The notes beneath the pieces were generated by a model that saw nothing but the letters and a program-made list of their open reading frames with translations, was not told the origin of the DNA and did not search any database. Position numbers and translations under genes: made by a program. DNA of 64,000 nt, from contig OZ038378.1 of the NCBI GenBank assembly GCA_964036045.1, forward strand, positions 169,322,001-169,386,000. Reading direction: 5' to 3'. This DNA is from Eutreptiella sp. 'Long Island Sound 2002'. Its lineage: Eukaryota; Protista; Euglenida. This document shows, piece by piece, positions 38,261 through 50,715 of the stretch (its first letter is position 1; every line of letters begins with the position of its first letter).

Positions 38261-40145
38261 CACGGGGGGGGGGGGCGACTCCGCGGGTCCTAGGACGCCG
38301 ACTACCCCTGCCCCCCCCCCCCCCTAGGGGCCTTCGGCCAACAGTTAGTTGCCAAAGGTTTCGCCCTAAGGCGTCCATGGGCGCCGAAGGCTCCCGATGC
38401 TCCATGAACGCCAAAGGTGCCCGAAGGAAATTTTTGTCCAATTTGCACCCCAACACTATCCTTAAACCCAACCTTGACTCTAACACCCACCCCCAACCCT
38501 CAGCCTACTCCTATCCCCACACCTAACCCTAACCCTAATCAAGACGGAATATTGGGACCGAGCTGGTGGGGGAGGGAACATCAGCTATGATTAGTGACGG
38601 ACATCAAGAATGATTCACACATTGATGGCTCTTGACAAAGTGAAATCAGCTTGCAAATGAACCCCATCACCACGAGGCCCACTTTCAAGGCTTTTTGGAC
38701 TTCTAAGGGGCCAAAATACCCCAAAATGGGCTCAAAATGGGCTCATTTCACCCGTTTGTGCACCCCAAATGGTCGAGGATGAGGTTTGGAAAAATGCGTT
38801 TTTGACCCATTTTTGACCCATTTTTGACCCATTTTTGGTCCCAAAACAGCCCATTTTCAAAGCATTTGGGGATTTTCGGAAGACCAAAATGGGCCACCAC
38901 AAGCTCCAAACGGTCCAAAAACACTTGTTTTTGCGTCGCACATGGTCTAGGATCATTTTTGAGAAAAGTCATCTTTTTGCCCCTGCTGGACCCTGTTGAC
39001 CCATTTGGGCACCCACCTGTTTGGGCTTGAGCTTGCAGCTTGCCGCAGCCTAGTGGGCCTAGGTATGGGGGTCTAGGCGTCCAGTTGGGCAATTCTGAGG
39101 GGTGGAAACCACAAAAAGTGGGGGGTTGCGGGTGGATTAGGTGCCCTCGGAATTGCATTTTGAGCCATGTAGCCAAAGATATGGCCTATTCTTGGTTTGT
39201 GGCTGTCGGCATTTGGAGCTTCTGGGGGCCTTTTTGGGCCGTTTCCGGGACATATCATGGAGTTAGAGGGCCGCAAAGAGCTCGTTGACACGGGGAAGTC
39301 AAGCCGCACGTGGAGTGTACCCACCGTTTCCCTTCGTTTGGCCGTTTTGAATGTGTTCTAGGGCTTTTTTGGCCCAAAAATGGCTGTTTTTGGCCCTAAA
39401 CTGCAGTTTTTGAAACTCAGGTCCGCCACTTGCGAATCCCGTTCCCGGCCGCCACCGTTGAGTTTCTTGCTCAAACTTTGTGTGATTGTACTTCACACCC
39501 ATAGGTATCATCCACCAAAATTTCACCCGAATCTGAACCCCCATGACGGAGTTCTGATTTTTACCCATTTCGCGCGTGCTGCTGCTTGCTGCTTGCTGCT
39601 GCTTGCTGCTGCTTGCTGCTGCTGCTGCTAAACCTGGTAGGTCCACCCTAGACACTAAAAAGGGTTATAAAACCAAGACTGGTTCCACCAGCTCGGTGAC
39701 CCTAGCCCTAACCCTAGCCCTGGCTCTCACCCTAGGCTAGGGTCAGAGTGAGTGTTGGGGTCCAAAATGGAGAGCAATGATGTGGCAAAAGCAGCCATGA
39801 ACGAAATTGGGAGGATCTTGTTCAGCCCAATCAGCATGGCTGGCATGGCCAAACCAACTGGCTGCAAAGGTTAGGGTTAGGTTTGTGGTGATGGTATGGT
39901 TAGAGGGAGGGCGAGGGGAAGTAAGGGGAGCTTGTGCCCCCCCCCCCCCCACACCCCAAATCGCCCCACCTGGACCCCCCCCCCCAACCGACCTCTCCCG
40001 GAGCCCCCCCCCCCCCATCGCCCCTCCTAGACCCCCCCTCCAATGCCCCCCCCCCCCCCCCCCCCCCCCCCCCAAGGGGCCTCCGGCCAACAGTTAGTAG
40101 GGGGGGGTAGTTGGCGTCCAGAACCGAGGGGTCGCCCCCCCCGGG
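38261..40145. mobile_element. hAT-family non-autonomous composite element (1885 bp)
   Basis: Perfect 8-bp TSD GGCTAAAC (38253-38260, 40146-40153); about 45-bp imperfect TIR starting CACGGGGG, the same terminus as 13380-14866. Confidence 0.9.
38557..39697. mobile_element. Nested repeat bounded by the 13-bp inverted repeat ACCGAGCTGGTGG
   Basis: ACCGAGCTGGTGG at 38557 and CCACCAGCTCGGT at 39685; flanked by (CCCTAA)-like tracts; no TSD found. Confidence 0.5.
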
Positions 40146-40597
40146 GGCTAAACAGGTTGTCTACTTAGACGGGCACTACCGGTGCATCATTCAACGGGGG
40201 CAGGACTACCTGCGAGCACACCACAGTCACACACAATACATGCTACGACAACAATGGGAATGGATGCGTCCACAGAACATGATAGCACGAACAAAAAAGG
40301 GGCACCTTGAACCAAATGTTGTGTTGTCACCATATGGCCCTGCTTGCGGCTGGATATGGCCGGTTTGAAAGCGATGGAATCACTATTTTCCTGGGAAAAT
40401 CATGCAAACATTGGGGAAGTGGTTTTGGGTTGCCCCATTGTACTGTGTTACCCCAAGAGGGGGCCATGTTGGTGACAATGTGACAATACACCTATAATAG
40501 GATTCAACAGCACGTCTTTTTGCACCATTTAGCCTTGGGGCATTCATGGCCCATTTGAAAGCCAGGCAACAAAAATTAGCACCAAAAGCGCCAATGG

Positions 40598-40792
40598 TCA
40601 CGAACAGCTAAGCACGAACCATTCTTCACGGATGAATGTGTTGTTATTGTTTCCTTGTACGTTCATCATTGATTCCCAATCCAGGTGAGTGGTGCTTTCC
40701 CTTGGGCATTGTCTATCACACTTGTGGTGATCTTCCACTGCGATTTGCCTCACCAATGCTTGGCGCACACCATCTAGGTACACAATGTACAC
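40598..40792 (-). pseudogene. LINE C-terminal zinc-knuckle (zf-RVT-like) remnant
   Basis: HKCDRQCPRESTTHLDWES resembles CxxC...ESxxHLxWEC. Confidence 0.45.
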
Positions 40793-41852
40793 TGTTTGTC
40801 CTCTTTACAGTTGTGGCTTGTCTTGTCCCAGCTGTCACCAAGCAACATACCGGAAGCCGGTGAACATTATTTGCTAAGTAGAAAGAATGGTTGGACTCCT
40901 TGCACTACCACAGCCCAGACCACTCACTGCCATGGCCTGTACACCCAATACAGTGACAACAGCCATTGCGCAATTAACTTTGTACATCTCATGTGGCTTG
41001 GAAAATTTGCAAGGATTTGGTTTGTCTCCCCCCATGAGAAAAATTGCACTTCTCAAGGAGCGCGTTCAGGCCATTCCATTTTAAAATGAGTGCTTTGCTC
41101 ACGGTTGGTTGCATTGCATTTGCAACCCCGTTTTTTTAGCAACCCAACCGCCGTATTATTGCGCTGGTTTGCATTGCATCTCAGGTGTGTTGGTAAAACC
41201 TTTCGTCACAGTGTGTCATGGAAATGGAGCCTGTGACACAAAATGGGGTGATTTGGCCTAGAGCTGAAAATGTGCTTCAATTTTGATGCTCAACAAGGCA
41301 TTGCCAATTCAAGGCTGCAGTTGCAATCTCCGTTTGCACGGTACTTACCCAGGCGCCTGTGGCAACCATTGATTTTCTTTTTGCCACATATGGGACACTG
41401 CACCCCCAAGGTTCCATGGATCATTTTCATTTCAGCCTCTAGAAGCCCACCTGTGCCCTGATTCGCTGGACACGGTTAGAATCAATGTTTGGCGCTGACC
41501 CTTGATGCATTGTAGAGCACACAAAGATGTTCTAGCTCCAAATGGTATGCACTGGAATTCTATAACATTAGAGCATTTTCTTTAGGACAGGTAGGACGCT
41601 GCAAATTGAGGACTATGGGCTGAACTGATTGACAGATTTTGGCAACGATTAACGCAAGGGGGCCATCAGTCCGGACGGGGGACAAAGGACAATGTCTGCA
41701 TGCTTTTATTTGTGTGGCTGTGTTGATATGCTGATTTGGTTGTGGCCCAACAGCAGCCTCCCGACATGCCAAATTTCTGTCATGCAGTGCACTTCTCGAG
41801 ACGGTTTGGTGGCATTGCAGGGCATGTTTGTTCTTTCACAGGCCTTGTGTGT

Positions 41853-42563
41853 ATGACGGATGGTACATCTGACGATTCAGATTTCATAGCATCGGTGAAG
41901 CAGGAGCGAGATGTGAGTGATGAGGAAGTATTGGGTGCGGCTGGGATGCCAACCAGCCCTGGACTGCAGCTAGATGCAAAGCTGAAGAGTACAGATTCTG
42001 CTGGGGTACAACAGCTGCTGAGCGTTGTCAATGTACAGGACAGCACTGAGCTCCAGGATGATCCGGAGACGCAGGAAAGCGCCACAGCGCAGGAAATCCA
42101 GGTGGCTGCTGAGCCACAAAGCATACCTGGACCCTGCATGCCGGAGAAACAGCCTGATTCATCAGGGCACGACGCCCGTCGACTGGGCGGTGCTGACAGT
42201 GATCAGTCAGACCAGGGACCAGAGCAGGGACTTCTGAGTTGCACCGCCTGCAACAGCCCTTTCACAGCGACCCAGCGGCGGCATCACTGCCGCTGCTGCG
42301 GTCGCCAATTTTGTGGGCCGTGCACCCGATGGCAAGCCACAATTCCACACCTTGGGTACAAAGTGGATACGGTGCGAGTGTGCTTCCAATGCTTGACGGA
42401 GGTGGAGGGGTGTTGGCCACGGCTTACGAAGGCAGAGGGTGTGTTAGCCACAGTGCCTAGGTCCGTGTCAGCTGAGGAGGCAACACATGGAGTAGGTGGA
42501 GTACAAGGCCCTGCAGATAATGAGCAGCACCGGATTGCAGTGACGGAATTCAAGTTGATGGAG
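41853..42563 (+). CDS. FYVE/coiled-coil gene B exon 1: acidic N-terminus plus canonical FYVE domain
   Basis: Acceptor GTTCTTTCACAG| at 41841, 11 nt before the ATG (may be a trans-splice site or an internal exon); CTAC..FTATQRRHHCRCCG..FCGPC...VRVCFQC; donor GAG|GTATCT in phase 0. Confidence 0.85.
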
Positions 42564-43104
42564 GTATCTTGGCACAAGGGACTGAGTTGTGGCTGGCTTG
42601 TAGGCAGCGGGAGGCGCAGTCTTGTACTTGAATGGGAAAGCGGGAGAACGGAGGGTCTCTCCCCTGCACCAACACCCAACATCCTGGGCAGGCTTGCACT
42701 GGCATCTGGCGAGCAAATTGTGCTGGTGCAGGTGTGCACCTCAGCAATCAGTTTGGGGCGAACGACCCAGTTGAACGAAGAGACTTGGAAGAATCTCATC
42801 CCACTCCAGATGGTTCAATTTTGTCAACAACAAAACGGACGATTTGACTCATACACTCACCATGCACCAAGCCTCTAACAGATTTGCCCTCTTCAACAGA
42901 GATTCCTTGATTGACTGGTTGCTGATATTTGCAAACCATTTCTGCTTTTGCATCTCCGCAATTTCCTCAGCTAGTCCAGGAACTGGTTTAGCATCTAGTG
43001 CAGCAACAGCTGTGGGAGCGATCCTGCTGCGCAAACTGCATTGATGTTTACATATTGCAATGTTGGATTTTGAGATCTCTTATCATGTCTCCTTGTCCTT
43101 GCAG

Positions 43105-43365
43105 GCACTGCGGCAGATAGCAGTTGTAGAAAAGGAGCAGAAGCGGAAGGAAGCAGAGTGTGCAGCAGTCGTTGTGCGTCTGAAGGAGCAACTTTCAGGG
43201 GTATCCAAAGCTGTAGAGCTTGAGATGAGTGATGTACAGGGGATGTTACAGGAGACGCGAGCCAAAATACTGCAGAAAGACGCACAGGTTCGGAAGCTGC
43301 AGGAGCAACTGGAGGAATGCAACCAAGCATCACAGTCAAAGGCTGCAGACTGGGAGATGATGAAC
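43105..43365 (+). CDS. FYVE gene B exon 2 (coiled coil, 87 aa)
   Basis: CTTGTCCTTGCAG| acceptor and AAC|GTATGC donor, phase 0/0; aligns with gene A. Confidence 0.9.
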
Positions 43366-43557
43366 GTATGCATGTGCTGCATGTCGTGTATGTGCATGAG
43401 CCCGTTCTAGTAGTTCTTGATTTGCATTTGCTTTTTGTGTGTGTCTTACGGCTGCGGACTGGGAGATAATGATGGTATGCTCACATTGGTGTTGTGATAT
43501 ACATGAATGAGCATGGGCATGTACGTATTGGTGTGTATGCCCTCTACCTCTGTCACT

Positions 43558-43566
<9 letters not shown>

Positions 43567-43629
<63 letters not shown>
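43567..43629. repeat. (TG)n microsatellite
   Basis: Seen directly. Confidence 0.95.
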
Positions 43630-43631
<2 letters not shown>

Positions 43632-44546
43632 CGAGAGTACCCAGACACTCCGGCTGCTTCTCATCGCTGTGCATTTGTGTTACATGTGGGTTGCTTCTGG
43701 GGTCTTAACATCCATGTGTGTGTGCGCGCGCGTGTGCATGTGTGTACCAGCAGAGGTGCCATCGAGAGCCCTGAGTCTCCCACAACTGACGGGCGTATAA
43801 CCAACAACCGCCATTGCTACTGAAGGACGTGAAGCATGGGCATTTTGGATACCTTCAGCTGGGTGCAGCAATGGAGCTGGGTGCATAAAGGATGGCTGGA
43901 GTGTAAAGCAAGGCAGCTCCGCCAATCGAAACACTCCACCAGATTTGTACCGCTAAAGAGGTGGTCACCTCATCTTTAATGACATTGCTGTACAAATGAT
44001 TTGTCTAGAAAGGGCTTGCTGATGCTAAAATGGTGCTGGCTATATCCAATGAGAATTCAATGCAGCCCCACATACCGAGTTTTTTGGAGTCTTTGCCTTC
44101 TTGAGCAGCCGGGGGCAGGGTCTAGCCCACCCACACCCACACAACAACATCACATGCGGTGCAGTCAGGTCGGTTCAGCCAACCTCACCAGTGATGCCCA
44201 GTGGTCTGGCTCACTACTTTGGCGCAGTCTGCTTATGCACAACCATGCATCTATGTTGTGTTTCCACCCACCGCACTCTGGGGTTGTAGCACAGGGTGGA
44301 TGCACGCTTGTTGCGAAGGTGCAAGAATCTGCATACTGGTGGCATGCCTCTGACCAAGTTGATGGCCAGGATGAGGAATCAGTCGTGGGGTGGGGGACAA
44401 TGCTTTCAGTAACACAGTTTGCAATTGGTGTAGCTTTCATGTTCTGTCGTATGTCTGTATGTGTGCATCCAATGCCTTGTCCACAAGGTTGCCCTTTCTG
44501 CACCACTTCTGAGCTGCTCTGTCTTCTGGCTCTTGTTATGATGCAG

Positions 44547-44684
44547 AGCAAATATCAGCAGGTGCTGAAGAATTGGGAGCATATGAAACATGCCTTGTTC
44601 TCGAAAGATGAGCACATTGTTCAGCTGCGCTCGGTGCAAGATCAGCTGCGTGCAGAGCTGGAGCACACCAAACTGGAGCGCAAG
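44547..44684 (+). CDS. FYVE gene B exon 3 (SKYQQVLK...TKLERK, 46 aa)
   Basis: TGCAG| acceptor and AAG|GTTTTG donor; homologous to 24446-24583. Confidence 0.9.
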
Positions 44685-46342
44685 GTTTTGTGCATGTTGT
44701 TTGTGGATGGGAGGCTGCTGCATATGGAGGGAGCGTTAGTGTGTAGGGCGCGCGCAGGGCAACTTTTTGGGCTACTTCTGATTCCTACCCCTATTTTTGG
44801 GGTGGATTCTACCCCTCGGATGGGTGAGTGGGAGGGTTGGTGGGATGGGGAGGTTTAGGATGATTTCTCCTCATGGAGTTGCCCCTTTCCCGTTGGGGAT
44901 ATGGACTGGCCCCTTTCCCTCACCTATTGTCCCCCAGTTCGCCTAGTCCGCTTCGTTTCAGGGCTACAAGGTGCATCTATGTGTATTGTGAAATAGGCAC
45001 GCTGAGCTAGGTACATGGTGATACATTCGGTGTGTTTGCTGTGGAGCATCACTTTTTGCCCCTCGTGTCCTCAGACCTCTTTGTCTATTTGTTATGGAGT
45101 TGAGCACTGGGGATAGGGTGTTCTACACCAAGGCTGGGCTTCAGGTATCCGCGAAGGTGGTTGGCCTTTTTCACAATTGGCTTGTGGAGTATGATCAAGG
45201 TGGTGTGCAGGTCGTCAATCATTGATGCCCCATGGACTCAATCTCCTTTGGTATCCCTAGTCTCGAGTCTCCACCACCATGCCCATCAATTCCCGCAATT
45301 GACGTTCCTCCAGAAGATTCTTTGGACCCCTTGTTGATGGAAGCCCCGTTCGCGGTCGCTCCCCAACACGACTGTCATCACATTCCCCAACCCGACTTTC
45401 AGTGGGTAATGGTGAACTTCGGGACCGAACTTGGGGAAGTAATAATAAAAGTAGCGCGTAGGGCGTGCGCAGGGCAATCACTCCCCCATGGTCCATGCAT
45501 GGGAGGGTGCTGTTAATCGTTTGTGCATGGCGAGGTGCCGGGATATGTTTTTGCATGGGGCTGGCTATGCTACACCCATTCCCAATGCAGTGCAGAGTGC
45601 TTGGTGTTTTGAAGGCAGTAAGCAATACCAGCATTGGCTCCATGAATAGAAGGGCAAGGCAAACACAGGTTTTATGATACTGGGCTTTTGGCTGCAAATG
45701 GCTGGCAGTTTTTTTGTGCAACCCCAACTCATGTATCAGTCAACATCATCAAAATGGCATTCCGATTGTTTTGAGGGTTATCATGTGGAATTCAATTTAC
45801 TTTTGCTGTACACATCAAAGTTTGTTGTGCTGAGTGTACATATCGCACTGCTACTTCGCCTCCATGGCACACCCCTAATCCCCCCCTGCCCGATCTTGGG
45901 GGCGCTACATTATGCTATCTCATTGCGCGTGCTATTGTGCCTCGTCGGGAACTCTCATGCCCAGTCGCAGTCTTAAAGTGCTGTAATTACCGGCCATTCT
46001 GTGCTTCAGGCACTGTTTTACAGAGGTGATATTTGTGTTGCAAAAACAATGGCGCTTGGCATCCCAATGCCAGTTGAGATTGCAATTTTCATGGTCCACA
46101 GCTCGATAGCCCCCCATAATGCGCATTCTAACACCGATAGTACATCAATGCTCAGCAAAGCCAGGAGCTTGGGCTTTCAAGTGGGCCCATGAGCTATTTC
46201 TTATTGCTGTTGCGTACTATTGTCATGTTGTTGCTTTTGTTGCTAATGCTGTCATTGTCAGTGTTGTTGCCGCCACCATTATTGTCGAGCAATTGTTTGG
46301 TTCGGGAATTGCCTAAATGGTACATGTAGCAGTAGCAGCATC

Positions 46343-46403
<61 letters not shown>

Positions 46404-46405
46404 CT

Positions 46406-46469
<64 letters not shown>

Positions 46470-46470
46470 C
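46343..46470. repeat. (AAC)n microsatellite
   Basis: Seen directly, with one TAC interruption. Confidence 0.97.
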
Positions 46471-48947
46471 CGCAAACCATAAAGTACCCATAAAATCACC
46501 TCCAAGATAGGTTGTTAGGTCAAGCGCAGGCATAGGCGTCGTAAACCCCCCCCCCCTTTTGGGGGGCTAGTTCGCGTAGCATACCCCAAGGTATGGTTTC
46601 TGACATCCAACCCCTTGTAAAATTATCATTTTAGGACCACAAATGATCTCCCAATAATTTTTTGGATTTTGACCCCCGTACCCCCCCCCCCCGTACCTGG
46701 GAACCCCTTTTTTTGGGGGGGGTCAAAACTTCTTATTGTGTGTATATTGTTGCCGCTGTGTGTGTTTTTGGACCTGGGTCGTGCATTACTTTTTTCTTGT
46801 ATAGTGACCCCGTAACCCATGGCGGGGGTCCCAAGTCCCAACTCCGGGTACCCGGGTACCCCGAGTTGACCCCCTCCCCCCCATATGGCCCCTTGCCGGT
46901 CAGGACTTTGCCGTTTTCATGTTGTTCAGTGGCACCTCAAAAATTTTCAAATTCGAATTTTTATGAAACCCTTTCGTTACCCCTAGGATGGGTTTGGGTG
47001 ATCATTTGGTGACAATACAGGTACTTGAGCACCCATGGGGATAAATTTAGTGGCCGCTAGGCCTATGTAGCCCGTGCCATGGGCCCCCCAAAAGCCCCAA
47101 ATTGCTGTTGCATTGGCTGTTCAGTGACAGTTGAAACATTTTCAAATTTTTCAAACTTTTCCGAAACCCTTATGTTGCCCCTAGAATGGGAAAACGCGGT
47201 CGAAACGGCCTCATAGGCTTGGGCACCCTATGGGGCACCCTCTTTGGTGTAGGCCGTGCAGAGTGAATATGTGTAGTTGGGGGGGGGGGGGGGTATAGAA
47301 GTTCAAATACGGGGAGGGTGGGAGAATACTTCCACCTTCGGTGCAACGGCATGAGGGTGGCGGTGGGGATCCTAAACAAAACAATACGTGCAAAAGACAT
47401 GGAATAATTGACACACAATTGCAAACACATGCATTTTGCAATGCAATTGGTGACAGGGAACCTTGTGGAGCCCTCAATTGAAGTTGGACGGATTTATGGT
47501 ACTTCCACTTTGGCATGGAGCCCGGACAACAATCGCACTTCATGCAATGGTAAGGCTTACCTTTCTTCCTATTCTTCCTGTTCTTTGTGTTCTTCGTTTG
47601 CAATCTTGGGGCACACCATGGGCCCAGATCTTGGATACTTGATGCATTAAAAAAACCTCCTTTGCAAGATTGCATGGAAAGAGCGCTTGATGTGTGGGCA
47701 TGAAACAATGCAATCTTACTCCTAGTTACCATTATGTCCATAAGGATTGGTGAGGGATGCTTTGAAAGGGAAACATACTGACCTCATGCCAGACTCAATC
47801 AGTTCGCTTGTTGATCTGCTACATTGCACTTCCAAACCAGCAATGAATGTTGTCTTCGGTTTGCTTGAGGGCTATTGAACATTTCTTGGGGAGGCCTAGG
47901 TCAGCTCATCCCCCAACGAACCCGGTTATGCTTCTCAAGCATAGGGCAAGAGGTCTCAAGAAGAATTGTGCAAGAGAGTGGTTCCCGGGGGTGGAGACGA
48001 AGAATGCTGCCGCATCTGATGCGGATAGCCAAGACAGCTATGAGGTACCTATGGTACAGCTCGAGAGTTTGCCCTCTGCATCTCCTACTACCAGTACGGT
48101 GGTTCTTACCATTGACCCGCCAGTTGAGCCCTATAATGCAAACTCCGCTAGAGAATCTTATGCGGATAGCCAAGACAGCTAACAAGTGCTTGGTGCAACA
48201 TGTAAAACGTTCTATGCGACCCTCCATTTGCAGATGCTTGGAGGCCCAGGTGCAATATTGGAATTCAAGTGTCACATAAATGTGATGTGTGCATGGCCCA
48301 AAGTAGGGTGTGCAGGCACAAACAACGGAGTGGAAGTGATAGTGGCAGAGTGCTGCAAACATTGGCAGCAGTATGCCAATCCACTGCTGCTTTCAAAATT
48401 TCTTTCTTTTACACCAAGGAGGACCCAGGCACCCATCTGCGAAGCGGGCCACAGATGAACTAAGTCGGATGCTTTTGTTGGCGCTCTTTTGTTTTTTAAT
48501 TGTGGCAGTGTCAAAAATACAAATTTCAGAAGTATATGGGACGCCGACAATCCAACGCCGAACACCCCACAAATACATCGTCATTGCGAATAGGCAATGT
48601 AGGGGTGATGTGCTTTCCTGTTTTGCCTGACAAAGTTCACCGACATGGCGATCAAAATTGCCGTACGAACCCCAGGGCGCATGTTCACCCAATGGTGAGT
48701 TCTTTTCCATGCCCTAGCGCACAAGCCAATGGAGGTTTGGTTTTTGCCCCGTAGTCCACATGGTGTATGCTGCATTATGACTCCTCTATGGCAGCCATCA
48801 TCAGCATTGACTGATGCCTTTTCGGGCAGGTGCCCAGTGGACCTCATATTTTTCACAATTTTATGAGATTTGACCACGGAAAACGGACCAAATTTGTGCC
48901 TTTCTCTTGCCTTCTGGCTCCAGCTATTCTTCTCTTTGTTCTCACAG

Positions 48948-49148
48948 GACAGCAAGTGTATGGTGTGCAATATAGATTTCACCTTCTTGCGCCCAGCACA
49001 CCAGTGCCGCCGATGCCAGAGGGTGTGTTGTGGGCGCTGTGCACCAGAGAAGCCCCAAATGGATTACGATCAGTTTGGGCTCCAGGCTGCACGCGTCTGC
49101 ATTCCTTGTGTAGAGACTAGTGAGGCACAAGCTATGGCACTCATATAA
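48948..49148 (+). CDS. FYVE gene B terminal exon: degenerate-pocket FYVE zinc finger
   Basis: Long pyrimidine tract ending TTCTCACAG|; 66 aa, ungapped 35/66 identity by hand to 25317-25517. Confidence 0.92.
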   Translation, partial: DSKCMVCNIDFTFLRPAHQCRRCQRVCCGRCAPEKPQMDYDQFGLQAARVCIPCVETSEAQAMALI

Positions 49149-50149
49149 TATATAAGCATATAACATATAATGTAACCCCCAGGTGCCCATATTGACGTTA
49201 ATTTTACAGTGCTTCTGCAATCAATTTCTCTATGTAAGATGGTGCAATGATGCAATAACTCTGTGCGAAGCTGAGGTGGGAAGCATGCAACCAATTTACC
49301 CACGTGGCCAATCCACAACTCCACAGCTGCAAATTTGCTGCCAGGGACACGTTGCGCCAGGGTGGCACCGCAATTAGGTTTTCAAGGTCATGCTGCAATC
49401 GCTTTGCTTGCAGCCTGCCACCTCGAAAATTGGCAAGCCATCGTGAAACAGAGTTGTTGTCAGTGTGGATACCTTGGGATTTGTAAGGAGACCGCCGTGC
49501 AAATTGCACACGGGTTCACATTATCATGAACGCGGGAAGAAGTGTGACTCTGACGCAACTGCCTCCTGATGTCCCTTCCTCTGTATATCCTTCGCACGTG
49601 ATTTTTCATGTTGAATTCCTCGCATTTCTTCTGGGCTCATGGGCGGCGACCCTCCTGTTGTCTTTCTCCAAAACATTCTGTTTGCAAGGGTGCACTGATC
49701 ACAAGAGCATTTACTCCAAAACCCCAGCCTTCTGCTCTCATTCCCCACCAGTTCCAGCCAAATAGAACACAGTCTATTCCTGGCCCTGATTTCGCGCAAG
49801 AGATCCCACTGGCATTGCTGTGACATTGCTTTCCTGTCTCTGTGGACAACACTATAACTCCTGGGCAAGACAATGTGCTATATGTGAATGGCATCTGAAA
49901 GCCTCCTAGACACATGCTTTCCTCACACACGCTTAATGTTTCTGTTTTCCCCCCCACAAACGACAGGGTAAGGTGTTAGGCGTCAGGGTTGTGATTCACC
50001 AACAGCGCTTACTTAACCCTATCCTGTCACTACCAGATCCTGTCGGATGACTGTGTTTGATGCCAAAAAGAGCTGGCCAGACGGTGCGCCTGGACCTCAA
50101 CAGAGCACCAGCTAACCAGTAAGTGCTTGGCATGGGCTGACCATCAACA

Positions 50150-50715
50150 CTGTCAGTTGAATGCCGCACCTGTCACAGGATAACATGTGCTAACGTTTGG
50201 TGACAGGAGAGGGTATGTCTTCGCAATGAACCACGAAAGATGCGGGACTAGTCAGGCCTTTCCTTCACGATAGACGATAACGAAGTACGCCAACTATGCC
50301 CTTGCCAATACACAATGTGCAGCAAGAGCCTTCTTTGGCCACCTTGACATATTCACCCTACAGACTTACATCAGAGCTCCCTTTGGCCAGTACCCCCTGC
50401 CTGCCCCGTTCTGACTGGGCTGACTACCACAGAGATGCAAAAGGCGCATTGCATCAATCCTAATTATTGCATGGCTTCAGTCTTACCCCCCAGGACATGG
50501 GTCTGCAAAAATGTGTCCACTCCCTTGGTAAACAACCGAAAGGCTTTGATGGGCGAACCCTTTTCATCTCTGTTTTCAAGGGTCCCCTTTGGACATCATT
50601 CGTCATACTTTGCAACCAAGTTTCCTGAATTATCAGGGATTGTGTATGAGCATGACAATTTCTCAACCAGCTTAGGCCATTTGATATTCCTCTGACACAG
50701 CATTCATCCTATGTA
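50150..50715 (-). mobile_element. Decayed LINE apurinic endonuclease region
   Basis: Minus strand reads CVRGISNGLSWLRNCHAHTQSLIIQETWL (NxRG...xxQETWL), then GRQGVL and a GAAFN-like motif; several stops. Confidence 0.55.

Larger units (their letters stand above)
37981..40368 (+). pseudogene. Decayed ORF (possibly non-LTR retroelement) split by a hAT insertion
   Basis: Excising 38261-40145 plus one TSD joins ...RHQYDMAK to QVVYLDGHYRCIIQ... in frame; the upstream ORF 37981 is in the same frame with stops. Confidence 0.55.

Noticed and set aside
48630-48870. Extra exons in gene B intron 3 (GTGAGT donor near 48693)
   Set aside because: Paralog alignment supports a direct exon 3 to FYVE exon join, and no phase-consistent stop-free path was found.
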